Shown here in pieces: positions 45,855 through 54,659 of a stretch of 64,000 bases of DNA. A model generated the notes under the pieces. That model was not told the origin of the DNA, ran no database searches, and saw only the letters and a program-made list of their open reading frames with translations. This stretch comes from a virus, in the IMG/VR virus record IMGVR_UViG_3300024999_000057, positions 1 to 64,000 of that record. One strand, written 5' to 3'. Position 1 is the stretch's first letter. Every line of letters starts with the position of its first letter. The translations under genes were made by a program, and so were the position numbers.

Positions 45855-46036
45855 AAGCGGGATTGAAGAAGAGAATTGTTGGGCACAAGTTGTCCTCCAT
45901 TTTGGGAGTGGTAGGCGGGGCTGCGTTGGCGGGTGCTTCTGGTTATTATCAGGCGTCGGGTGGTTCTATGGCAGACTGGAAGCCGTATGCAGTTGCGGCT
46001 GGGGTTTCTGTGGTAGGGCTGCTGTACAAGAAATAA
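45851..46036 (+). CDS. Putative holin (2 TM)
   Basis: Two hydrophobic segments, basic termini, end of lysis cluster. Confidence 0.6.
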   Translation: MKAGLKKRIVGHKLSSILGVVGGAALAGASGYYQASGGSMADWKPYAVAAGVSVVGLLYKK

Positions 46037-46062
46037 AAAGTTCCTTCCTCCAAGGGGAACGA

Positions 46063-46098
46063 GAAAGGGCTCCTGGGTTGGTTACCAGGAGCCCTTTT
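46063..46098. terminator. Bidirectional terminator between the two genome arms
   Basis: AAAGGGCTCCTGG...CCAGGAGCCCTTTT. Confidence 0.88.
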
Positions 46099-46110
46099 GG
46101 TTTTAGCGTT

Positions 46111-46278
46111 CTACATCCTCTCGTTGATTGCTTGCTGGATATAATCCAGGGTCGCTGCAATTAGCAGTTCGTTTGTCTCGGCGTCTCTGAGATCCGCGTA
46201 GATGATCCCTTGCCTTGTATCTTTTCCTCTTCGGAGGTTGGTGATTATGAGTTGGCGATTTTGGAGGTCTTTTGTCAT
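46111..46278 (-). CDS. Small hypothetical protein (55 aa, not in ORF track)
   Basis: MTKDLQNRQL...; abuts nrdG. Confidence 0.55.
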   Translation of the reverse strand: MTKDLQNRQLIITNLRRGKDTRQGIIYADLRDAETNELLIAATLDYIQQAINERM

Positions 46279-46731
46279 TCAGAAGTCAACTCCCTTCTTG
46301 AAAATGTGTTGGTTGGTGGAAGCCAATTTAATCCCGTACTGTTCTTTCTCGCCCCTCAGGTTCTCCTCGTACCGACCGCACTTGAGGTAGGCCAAATATC
46401 GCTTAGCGAACTCTGGGACTTCCAAAGGCTTCAACCGGGTGAAGAGCCAGATATCCAAGCAGTGCCGGTCTAGGTACCACAGGAAGGTTTCGAGTTCTTC
46501 GTGGTCCTGATCGAAGGGTTCTCCTCCGAAGATCATGATGTTCTCGATGAGATCCGGGAATCTAGCAACCTTGTCGTTGATTTGCAGCAAGGACTCCTTC
46601 CAGTCAACTCCCTGATTAAAATCCCAGCTTTCCGGATTGTGGCAGTTTTCACAATGAGGGCCTTTGCACCCAGCCAAGTAAATATCTAGGCTTCTTGTTT
46701 CCAACGAGAACTGAGTTGTTAGGACGTTCAT
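46279..46731 (-). CDS. nrdG: Anaerobic RNR activase (radical SAM)
   Basis: GCKGPHCENCHNPESW, GGEP, LKCGRY. Confidence 0.92.
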   Translation of the reverse strand: MNVLTTQFSLETRSLDIYLAGCKGPHCENCHNPESWDFNQGVDWKESLLQINDKVARFPDLIENIMIFGGEPFDQDHEELETFLWYLDRHCLDIWLFTRLKPLEVPEFAKRYLAYLKCGRYEENLRGEKEQYGIKLASTNQHIFKKGVDF

Positions 46732-46732
46732 T

Positions 46733-48631
46733 CTATATCCCTGAGTAAAATTGCCTGTGGGGGAAATCCTGCTCGCGCCTAACTTTGTGCCATGATTTAA
46801 CCGAGGTCAGGAAACCCACAACGCGGGTCAGCTTGTCCACAATTTCTCCTCCGCATTCCGAGCAGGTCTCCGAGATCCCCACGGTCATGTGGCCGTTCTC
46901 GCATTTGTTCAGTAGGAAGTTGATCGCGAAGTAGATGACCCCAGCTTTAGCTGCAGCCTTAATCAAATCCACCACCAGCTTGGGATCTTCGATCTTCTGC
47001 TCCACGTTCAGGTGGCAGATGGAGCCCCCAGAGAAGTGCTTGTCGAAAAGCCCTTGGAGCATTATGCGATCCAACAGGTCCGCCTCGACCGTAAGGGGGA
47101 TAAACTGGTTGCTGTAGAGGTCGTAGCGACTATTGAACCCCAGCAACCGGTCCTTCTCCGCGAGCTTCACCGAAACATTTTCTCCAGGGATCTGCTCGCA
47201 ATTGTGGGGCGACTTGAGTTTCTTCTGCCACCTGTCGTTCTCGGAGTTGATCGTGTTCAGGATTGCCAGCACGAAATCCTGCCCGTCTCTGGTCATTATG
47301 TCATAGCCCATGATCTCACAGGCTTCGTTCAGGCCGTTAACCCCGCAGGTCGAGTATTGCTTGTTGAGGTCCATGAACCCATGAGAGTAAAGCGGGAGGT
47401 TCCCGTTCTCGATTCTCTTCTTGACGATGTGCCTTTTCGTGTTGTTGATTCGGGAGCACGTCCCAACTAACCGCTCTACCTCGGAGAAGAATTTCTCGGG
47501 GTCCTTTTTATACCGGAAGGCCAGCTTCGGCATGTTGATGGTGACTACACCGAGCGAGCCGATTTTGCTGGAGCCAGAACCGAAGGAGTTGAAGTACTCG
47601 TTGTCGGTCTCGCTGCGGAGGCGGCAGCACGAACTGAGCGTTGACGATTTCCCGGTGTAGATGTTGATGAAGCCGAATTCGAGGTTCCTCTCCGCGACCT
47701 GGTTGAGGAAGGTCTCGTCGTGGATTTCTCCTGAATCATCTACTGCGAAGCACGCAGTCGTTACCGGGAACGTAATGGCGGTTCTTCGCATTTCGGTGTT
47801 CATGACATCGAGGAAAAGCATCTGCAGCTTTTTCACGATCTCGATGTCTGGAGTGGTGCCGTCAGGGAAAACGTAGTTCGGACAGAGGCTCCCCAAGAAT
47901 TCCTCGTCGTAAACCGAGACATTCGTGAAGGGGCTCTGGGATGCCCTGAGCGGCTGATTGACGGTGTAGATGAAGGACACGAGATTCTCCTTCACATAAC
48001 GCCAGCAATCCTCTTCGCTCGCGAAGCTGAAGTTAGCGTCCATCTTGGTTGCCAAGATGTTCTTGACGTAGTAGCTCATGACGATCAGGAGATCCGCAAG
48101 TCCTGCTGCTCCCAGCGTCGAATTGCTGGCGAGCACGACGAACTGCTCCAGTTGCGACTTGAAGCTGTAGAGGTACTTGGGAGGCACCGAGGTGATTTTG
48201 CTGATCATCGGGAGCCCGAGAAGCATCACGTCGTAGGTCGAGTAGTTGAAGCAGTAGGCTTGGGACGATCCGATACCATGAACGTCATTCACGTAGATGT
48301 CCCCGCAGACCTGCATCTCGATAACCTCGTCAGATGTCTCCTTCCCGTAGAGCTTCTTGAAGTGCTTCCACAGCATGTAGTAGGAATTCAGCTTAAGGAA
48401 TGGCTTGGGCAACTCCGCGTTGTAGACGATGATGCTCATGTCGCCCAAGTTGGAGTTGGCGTCTATCGAGACATCAGCCGTAGTTTTAGCTGCGAAGAAA
48501 TCCTTGGAGAACTTGGGGAGGTCGAGTTGCTTCCCGATCCCATCCATATCGAAAAGCTTTTGTGGATACTTGGATTTGAGGAGATCCATCAATTCTTCGA
48601 ACTGAGGGTCGTAACTGAAGAAGATATTCAT
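46733..48631 (-). CDS. nrdD: Class III anaerobic ribonucleoside-triphosphate reductase (no ATP cone)
   Basis: SPFTN, TFPV, SCCRL, zinc site, glycyl loop RVVGFL. Confidence 0.95.
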   Translation of the reverse strand: MNIFFSYDPQFEELMDLLKSKYPQKLFDMDGIGKQLDLPKFSKDFFAAKTTADVSIDANSNLGDMSIIVYNAELPKPFLKLNSYYMLWKHFKKLYGKETSDEVIEMQVCGDIYVNDVHGIGSSQAYCFNYSTYDVMLLGLPMISKITSVPPKYLYSFKSQLEQFVVLASNSTLGAAGLADLLIVMSYYVKNILATKMDANFSFASEEDCWRYVKENLVSFIYTVNQPLRASQSPFTNVSVYDEEFLGSLCPNYVFPDGTTPDIEIVKKLQMLFLDVMNTEMRRTAITFPVTTACFAVDDSGEIHDETFLNQVAERNLEFGFINIYTGKSSTLSSCCRLRSETDNEYFNSFGSGSSKIGSLGVVTINMPKLAFRYKKDPEKFFSEVERLVGTCSRINNTKRHIVKKRIENGNLPLYSHGFMDLNKQYSTCGVNGLNEACEIMGYDIMTRDGQDFVLAILNTINSENDRWQKKLKSPHNCEQIPGENVSVKLAEKDRLLGFNSRYDLYSNQFIPLTVEADLLDRIMLQGLFDKHFSGGSICHLNVEQKIEDPKLVVDLIKAAAKAGVIYFAINFLLNKCENGHMTVGISETCSECGGEIVDKLTRVVGFLTSVKSWHKVRREQDFPHRQFYSGI

Positions 48632-48697
48632 TTATGCTTGGTGCTCCTGTGGTGTTTGAAATGAAAGGCTGGCAGTTCTCCACCAGCCTTTCTAAAA

Positions 48698-49135
48698 TTA
48701 AATTCCCGAATGGCCGAAGCCGCCCTGCCCTCTTTCCGATTCGCTCAGTTCGTCCACCTCTTCCCACTGGATCGTCTCGAACTTGTTCAGCACGAGTTGG
48801 CAGATCCTGTCGCCGGGATTGAGGGTGAACGGCTCGGTGCCGTGGTTGATCAGGATGGCACCTACGGTTCCACGATACGATTCGTCGATGGTACCCGGAG
48901 AATTAAGCACCGAAATGCCATGCTTCAACGCCAATCCCGACCTCGGGCGTACCTGTATTTCATACCCTTCGGGGATTTCCACACTAATCCCGAGGCTGAC
49001 CAATTTCCTGTCTCGGGGCCAGAGAGTAAGAGGCTTTTCGATAGCAGCCCTCCCGTCACAACCAGCATCCCCGATTCGGGCGTACACAGGTACTCCGAAA
49101 TCTGCCAGATTTTTAACCTTAACGGTTACAGGCAT
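48698..49135 (-). CDS. dut: Trimeric dUTPase
   Basis: AGCD, RPRSGLA, GTIDESYRG, RICQL, RGQGGFGHSG. Confidence 0.97.
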   Translation of the reverse strand: MPVTVKVKNLADFGVPVYARIGDAGCDGRAAIEKPLTLWPRDRKLVSLGISVEIPEGYEIQVRPRSGLALKHGISVLNSPGTIDESYRGTVGAILINHGTEPFTLNPGDRICQLVLNKFETIQWEEVDELSESERGQGGFGHSGI

Positions 49136-49405
49136 CTACGCTGCCTCCCTGTCCCGATCTTGATACTCCCTGCACCATGTCTGGGTCAGTGCATCGACTT
49201 CGAGGTCAACCTCAACGAATTCGTCGGAGTTCTTCTGGTACTCCTTCCACTTCTTGTAGTCGGCCTTGATCGACTTCACGCTCACGTCGTACTTCTTGGC
49301 GAATTCAGTGAGGGCGTCCTTGATGTACGCGCCAATGTCCTTCTTCCTGGCTTCCTGTGCTTCGATGTCCCTGTAGAAGGGGATGAGTTCTTCGTGCTTA
49401 ATCAT
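49136..49405 (-). CDS. Small dsDNA-binding protein (T4 DsbA/GapR-like helical fold)
   Basis: IEAQEARKKDIGAYIKDAL..AKKYDV pattern. Confidence 0.55.
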   Translation of the reverse strand: MIKHEELIPFYRDIEAQEARKKDIGAYIKDALTEFAKKYDVSVKSIKADYKKWKEYQKNSDEFVEVDLEVDALTQTWCREYQDRDREAA

Positions 49406-49676
49406 TGAAAATCTCCAGTTTCTCTTTGATGTTCAGAAGTTGGTCCGCTGCGTTGTGAAGTTTCACAAGCTGCTTGTCGATGATGTGGGTCATGTAGCGA
49501 GCCTCGTCAGAAGTAAAGAGAGGCTCGCAGCCAGGGCAATCGCCTTCGGCCTCTTCATGGGAAATGAAAAGGACCGGCCCAGTGCAGATAGGGCAGACGT
49601 ACATGAAGCCATCGGGAACTTCGAATTCAACTGGTTCTGCTATCGGGTACTCGCATTTGCTGCAGTAATACGTCAT
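49398..49676 (-). CDS. Zinc-ribbon protein
   Basis: CSKC, CPIC, CPGC. Confidence 0.7.
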   Translation of the reverse strand: MTYYCSKCEYPIAEPVEFEVPDGFMYVCPICTGPVLFISHEEAEGDCPGCEPLFTSDEARYMTHIIDKQLVKLHNAADQLLNIKEKLEIFND

Positions 49677-49690
49677 TCTGACAAGCTCCT

Positions 49691-50311
49691 TTAGGCTACG
49701 CTGATTTCAGCGGGTTCGATGTTAAGCATGTGGACATCCGGGTTCGACGATGCCATGTCCGCGAGATGGACGACGATTTCGTGGAGTGAGTACTCTTCAG
49801 GGAACGCTTTGACTGCGTGCGCCGGATTCTTCCTGATCGACCACCTACCCATGTGCCAGGCGATGCTTCCTGTGATGACAGAAAGCATCGGGACTTCCTC
49901 GCCCCTCTCTGCGTGGAACTCTCGCGCTGCTCTATGCACGAAGAGGGCAGAAGAAAAATCGTGATCCTTGGAGGTGTGCCTCTGCTTCACCTCGACGCCC
50001 TTCTCGTAGTCTGAGTATTTCAGGATGTCGTGGAGGAGGCACGCTGCGATCACCGCATCCATGTCGTCGTTCTCGAAGCCGTAGGCTCTCCCGAAACGAA
50101 TCCCGAAGGAGACAGTGGATTTCAGGTGGTTGACCAAGCCGTAGGGCTCAAGCCTACTCTGTGGTGGGTGGTATTTACCGGTCGAACTGCTAGCTACCTG
50201 AGTCAGGTACGTAGGCGCCTTCATAAGTGTGAACGCCACGAAATCCTGGATCAGCGGATTTTTGATTTGCTTCAGTTCAGCTTCAACTAATTCGATAATT
50301 TCTTCGCTCAA
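49691..50311 (-). CDS. HD-domain phosphohydrolase
   Basis: ASSSTGKYHP..GLVNH..LLHDILK..HMG..HLAD. Confidence 0.88.
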   Translation of the reverse strand: MSEEIIELVEAELKQIKNPLIQDFVAFTLMKAPTYLTQVASSSTGKYHPPQSRLEPYGLVNHLKSTVSFGIRFGRAYGFENDDMDAVIAACLLHDILKYSDYEKGVEVKQRHTSKDHDFSSALFVHRAAREFHAERGEEVPMLSVITGSIAWHMGRWSIRKNPAHAVKAFPEEYSLHEIVVHLADMASSNPDVHMLNIEPAEISVA

Positions 50312-50526
50312 TTTGTCTCTTTCTCCCTCACCTCAGCGACTCCGCTGAGGAAATCAATGTTGATGCAGGTGGTTCGTCCTGATTCAGTTTCGAGAGTCAG
50401 CCAACCCGCTTCTACTTGTTTCAGGACTCCTTCGTGCGGGACCAAGGAGCCGTACTTGTCGATCAACTGGACCTTCTTATTCAGAAGGGATTCGATCCCA
50501 GATTCAGGTTTCTTCTTCGGTGGCAT
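50308..50526 (-). CDS. Small Sm/LSm-like fold protein
   Basis: LLNKKV...EGVL..V...LTL...INIDFL. Confidence 0.55.
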   Translation of the reverse strand: MPPKKKPESGIESLLNKKVQLIDKYGSLVPHEGVLKQVEAGWLTLETESGRTTCINIDFLSGVAEVREKETN

Positions 50527-50653
50527 CCTCTTCCTCCTCTCCTTCCCAACACCAGGCGTCTTCAGGAATCACCTGGTCCAAATTCAGTGTGCATTCGCCC
50601 CCGCCGTAATCGACGGGGGCCATTCTTGTGTACGGGCAATGCGAGTAGCACAT

Positions 50654-50941
50654 CTAGCGAACTGCCCTCCACTGGATTGTCGTGACTTCGACAGGCTCAA
50701 CTTCAGTGACTTCGACTTCCTCACTCCAGTCCTCGCTGCAGTAATACCAGTCGGAGTGGTAACTCCCTGACCTGGACTCGTAGAGGGAATAGTGTTTGTC
50801 CTCGAACTTGAAGATGATTTCCCTGCCTTGGTACTTGTAGTCCTGAATCCACTCACCCTCTTCGACGATCTCGAATCCTTCTGGAACATCTTCTTTGGTG
50901 ATGGCGAGCATCAGGTCTTTCGCGAATTTTCTAGTTTTCAT
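50654..50941 (-). CDS. Hypothetical phage protein
   Basis: RSGSYHSDWYY...EVEPVEVT; RBS GGAGG. Confidence 0.75.
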   Translation of the reverse strand: MKTRKFAKDLMLAITKEDVPEGFEIVEEGEWIQDYKYQGREIIFKFEDKHYSLYESRSGSYHSDWYYCSEDWSEEVEVTEVEPVEVTTIQWRAVR

Positions 50942-51215
50942 TTACTGCCTCCCACTGAAACGTTTCCTCGTTCAAGTAGACCTCGTAACCAGGAACGTCT
51001 CCTTCCCAATTCACGAGGAATCCTTTAGGCCTCTCGCCGCCATTCCAGCAGCCTACTTGGTAGAACTTCCCTTCGTGCCCGAAGACGATATAGGTGCCCT
51101 TGCCCTTGGGTTCTTCGGGGTCCCACGAAAACGTAAGCTCCCGAAGTTCATACCCTTCCGGAACGATCTGGCCTGCGAGGGCAATGATGTCGTCCTTGGG
51201 AAAATATTTGGTCAT
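50931..51215 (-). CDS. Hypothetical protein
   Basis: ATG 51215 overlapping upstream stop, RBS GGAGG. Confidence 0.65.
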   Translation of the reverse strand: MTKYFPKDDIIALAGQIVPEGYELRELTFSWDPEEPKGKGTYIVFGHEGKFYQVGCWNGGERPKGFLVNWEGDVPGYEVYLNEETFQWEAVNEN

Positions 51216-52216
51216 TTGTCCCACCTCCACAATTTGGATTTGTTGTAGTCGAATTTGCCCTGTGTGAACCCGATGGTCGCGAATCCGCGCACCCATTTCA
51301 GCCCGGTGGCTCTGTTGTTCAGGTAGTAAGGCTGGTCCATGCACGAGCAACCCGTTTCGATGTACGTTGCACCCATGCTGTCGTAGGAGCCAAGCTGGTG
51401 TGAGTGCCCGATCACAAAGGCGTTGAAGTCGATCCCCTGCTTAGATATGGCCCCTGCAGCACCAATTCCGGTCCTCATCGGGACTACCGTGAAGCGGGAC
51501 GGGTGGGCGAAAATGGTGTCCTTAACCTTGAGCCACCAGTTGTGGGCGTAGTGTACGTTCTCAAAGTGCTCCGACACGTTAGCCAGCAGATCGGCCTTGA
51601 TTAGGAACTTCATGCACTCGTATTGCAGGTTCCGCTGACAATAGCGCTCTACAACGTCATCGTGATTACCTCGTACAAGAAGCACTTGCTCGAAGTTGCT
51701 GCTGAACCACTGGATCATTTTCACGAGTTGCCCGTACTCGATCTCAGGATCTACGTGGACATTTTTGGCGTGCTTGGAGAAGAAGTCGCCGTGCGTGATA
51801 TCTCCGTTGAGTACCACAACCTTCACGCCGCGCTTCTGAGCCTCACGAACCGCAAACGTGATCATCTCGGTGTTGGCATAAGGGATCTCAATGTCAGAGA
51901 GCACCAGAATTTCAAACGTCTGGTACTTGCTGAGAATGTTGTCGATTTCCTCTTGGAACTGCTGGGCGCGGATGATGTTTCCGTACAACTTATCCTCGTT
52001 GAGGTAGTCGTCCGTCAGCACTAGCGCGTCTGCACTGTTAATTTTTGAAGCCTCGTACAAGCGCTTAGCTTCCTCCCAACTCCCGAAAACCCTCATGTAT
52101 GGAGCTTCGGTCACGTTGAACTCGGACCGCATCTGCCTTCTGGTGGGAATTGCTCCGTGTCTGTCCTCGTACTGCTGGATCAGATCCAGAAGATACTCTT
52201 TCGTGTAACTACTCAA
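51212..52216 (-). CDS. Calcineurin-like metallophosphoesterase with N-terminal HTH repeat
   Basis: SDIE, NGD, GNHD, FAH, GHSH; N-terminal FGSWEEAK. Confidence 0.88.
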   Translation of the reverse strand: MSSYTKEYLLDLIQQYEDRHGAIPTRRQMRSEFNVTEAPYMRVFGSWEEAKRLYEASKINSADALVLTDDYLNEDKLYGNIIRAQQFQEEIDNILSKYQTFEILVLSDIEIPYANTEMITFAVREAQKRGVKVVVLNGDITHGDFFSKHAKNVHVDPEIEYGQLVKMIQWFSSNFEQVLLVRGNHDDVVERYCQRNLQYECMKFLIKADLLANVSEHFENVHYAHNWWLKVKDTIFAHPSRFTVVPMRTGIGAAGAISKQGIDFNAFVIGHSHQLGSYDSMGATYIETGCSCMDQPYYLNNRATGLKWVRGFATIGFTQGKFDYNKSKLWRWDK

Positions 52217-52224
52217 TTTGGCTC

Positions 52225-52650
52225 CTATTCAGATGTGAATTCATCTGGGCGAAATTCAGAAATAATAAGTTCCGCCCTTGGGTTTTCCTTGTCGATTCCG
52301 CCGAACTTGTACTCGATCTCCGGGATGAACGTGTAGTTATCGTCCTCCAGGAGCTTCAGTTCAATCAGCGCGTCATCTGCGAATTTCTGTACCACCGCTC
52401 CGATGTTTGCCAGATCGAACAGTCGCTTCGTCGAGTAGAAAATCGTGTAGGTGAATTTGTACGGAGGCTTGCCTAGCTTGCCCTCAGCCTTCTCGACTGC
52501 CTTCGCTACGATTTCCTTGTACAAGATCTTCAGCGCGTTGCTCTCGTGGTGCTGCCAGTTGCGGTAATTATTTAGTCCGAGCGAATACTTCTTCCCTGGC
52601 TTCGTCTTCCTTGGGATGGTCACCGTTAGTGGTAATATCAGTTGATACAT
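52225..52650 (-). CDS. RusA-like Holliday junction resolvase
   Basis: DLANI..KFADDAL...DDN...DKENPR. Confidence 0.85.
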   Translation of the reverse strand: MYQLILPLTVTIPRKTKPGKKYSLGLNNYRNWQHHESNALKILYKEIVAKAVEKAEGKLGKPPYKFTYTIFYSTKRLFDLANIGAVVQKFADDALIELKLLEDDNYTFIPEIEYKFGGIDKENPRAELIISEFRPDEFTSE

Positions 52651-53146
52651 ACTTGTACGCCTTGCCCAGCTTGATTCTACTAATTGTGGTTTGGGTTACC
52701 CCAAATTGTTTAGCTAGATCCCTGCCGGTTCCGTTGATGGAGAAATCTGATTTTTTAATTATCAGCACTTGCTCCAAGGTTAGTTTGGTGTTGAAGTTTC
52801 TCTCGCCGGTAGCACTCCTATTTCTAGTAACTCTGTCGTTCACGTTGTCTTGAGTTGTCCCTATTAGAAGATGTTCGGGGTTAACACAAAGAGGGTTGTC
52901 GCACGTATGCCTAACAACTTTGCCCGTAGGATCTTCACCCTTCAGAAAAATAACGGATAGTCTGTGTGCAAGCCTGTATTTTCCCCAAAGTTTGTAGAAT
53001 CCATACCCGTTACTATTAATTGTCCCTCTCCACCGCCAGCATTCATCCGGCCCTCTTTGCTCGATCAACGTCTTGAATTTTTCTACAGTGTTACTTGGTC
53101 GCCCTACTTGCCCTCCAGGGTTCCTAATTCTCTTCGCTATCCTCAT
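52568..53146 (-). CDS. HNH homing endonuclease with C-terminal HTH
   Basis: ECWRWRG..GYG..AHR..RHTCDNPLCVNPEHL..N; LAKQFGV; start 53146 after AAGGAG. Confidence 0.92.
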   Translation of the reverse strand: MRIAKRIRNPGGQVGRPSNTVEKFKTLIEQRGPDECWRWRGTINSNGYGFYKLWGKYRLAHRLSVIFLKGEDPTGKVVRHTCDNPLCVNPEHLLIGTTQDNVNDRVTRNRSATGERNFNTKLTLEQVLIIKKSDFSINGTGRDLAKQFGVTQTTISRIKLGKAYKYVSTDITTNGDHPKEDEAREEVFARTK

Positions 53147-54659
53147 CTCCTTTAATTTCCACTGGCAGAAATCGCCAGCATCCGTCTTCTCTCGCTTCGA
53201 TCCGGTGCCCCTTGTATTTATAAGGCACCATCTCAAGCATTTCAGGTTCCCACGACGATTTCCGCCGTTTCTTGCTCATCACACCCTTGGCTACGATCCA
53301 GTTCCCAACTCCATTGTGCTCAAAATAATACTTCATGTTTTTGTCGCAGATCGCACAGATCCCGGCGCCATGTGAAGGAGCATTTGTGCCCCCACAAAGG
53401 GTGCATTTTTCCAGCCGGGTGTGTTTTCCATGCAGCCTGTATCTTCGCCAAGGGGCCTTGTCCCAGAGGATCTTCCTACCAACACCGATCTTGGTCCCGC
53501 CTACTTTCAAGTAGAGGAATTCCAAGAGCTTGCCTTTCGCCGGCTTGATGTTGTTCAGGAGAGCGTTGTCCCTTCCCGCGAAGCTGAAAGCTACTCGGAA
53601 GAGATCCCCGTTGAACCAAACTAAAAACCCTTTGGCGTTCCCGCCTACGTGCCAGAATCGTTCTACGATTCCCACGGTCACCCTGACCTCAACCACATGA
53701 GATTCCCCGGTTCTGGCGGTATCCTGGTCGGTCAGCGTGAGGTACTCGCAATCCGAGTGCTCCATGACCTTGACGACTTCGCCCAAAACTTCCTCTTCCC
53801 GAAATGCGAGGCCCACATAATTGGGCGTGATCTGTGTCAAGAGGTTGTTGTCTTGAAACCTGCGCAGCTTCTCTACTCGCTCGGGAAACGGGGTCGTGGG
53901 CTTGCCATTGAGGGTCAAGGCAAACTCCTTCAGATTGTCGAAGTAATCGACTGGGTGAAACACGGTCCTTCCTGAATTCAACCGCCCCGCGTACCCCGTC
54001 AGGGTAAATCGTGGAGTTCCGATGTACTGCATATCCACGGGAAGTAATGGCTTAATTCCAACTAATTTTCCTGCTTCACACTCAAATGACCTAGTTGATC
54101 TGGGCTCCTTGGAAACCACCCCCAGCCTCATGTCGGGGGCCATAACAGCGGAGATGGCGACCGGGTAGTTCAACGCGGCGAAGCTTGTCTGGAGGGCCTC
54201 AGGTGCCTTATAAATTTCGAAGGTGTTAACCACACCAAGGTCGAGCGAGGTCTGAATCTCCATGACGGGCAATCCTTTGGTAAAACTTTTTGAAACTAGC
54301 GAGAGGTAAAACTCGCGGTCGATCCTGCTGGTCTTCGCTAGAAATCGAATTAACTCTGACTCCCTCGTGCGAGTCACAGTTTTCCGGTTGAAGAACCTGA
54401 CGACTTCCAGAAATCCACCGAATGATGCCTCAGAAATTTCTAGTTCCGGGACTGAGTGGTACCTGGAGTCGTCGATGGCCTTGAACCGAAAATTCAACAT
54501 GCAGAACCAGCAGGCGAAAGTGAGGAGCCATTCGGATTCCTCTGGAAGCTTCAGAACCCCCTCAGCGAATTGCCTCCGTTTTTCCTTAGGTGACCTGAGT
54601 TCAACCAAGGAATTCCTGAAGTTCAAAACTTCTTCGATGTTGGAAAGTTCGATTTTCAT
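53124..54659 (-). CDS. Large protein, possibly degenerate ATP-dependent DNA ligase fold, with C-terminal Zn finger
   Basis: Ligase-like layout without KxDG; CTLC...CAIC. Confidence 0.5.
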   Translation of the reverse strand: MKIELSNIEEVLNFRNSLVELRSPKEKRRQFAEGVLKLPEESEWLLTFACWFCMLNFRFKAIDDSRYHSVPELEISEASFGGFLEVVRFFNRKTVTRTRESELIRFLAKTSRIDREFYLSLVSKSFTKGLPVMEIQTSLDLGVVNTFEIYKAPEALQTSFAALNYPVAISAVMAPDMRLGVVSKEPRSTRSFECEAGKLVGIKPLLPVDMQYIGTPRFTLTGYAGRLNSGRTVFHPVDYFDNLKEFALTLNGKPTTPFPERVEKLRRFQDNNLLTQITPNYVGLAFREEEVLGEVVKVMEHSDCEYLTLTDQDTARTGESHVVEVRVTVGIVERFWHVGGNAKGFLVWFNGDLFRVAFSFAGRDNALLNNIKPAKGKLLEFLYLKVGGTKIGVGRKILWDKAPWRRYRLHGKHTRLEKCTLCGGTNAPSHGAGICAICDKNMKYYFEHNGVGNWIVAKGVMSKKRRKSSWEPEMLEMVPYKYKGHRIEAREDGCWRFLPVEIKGDEDSEEN

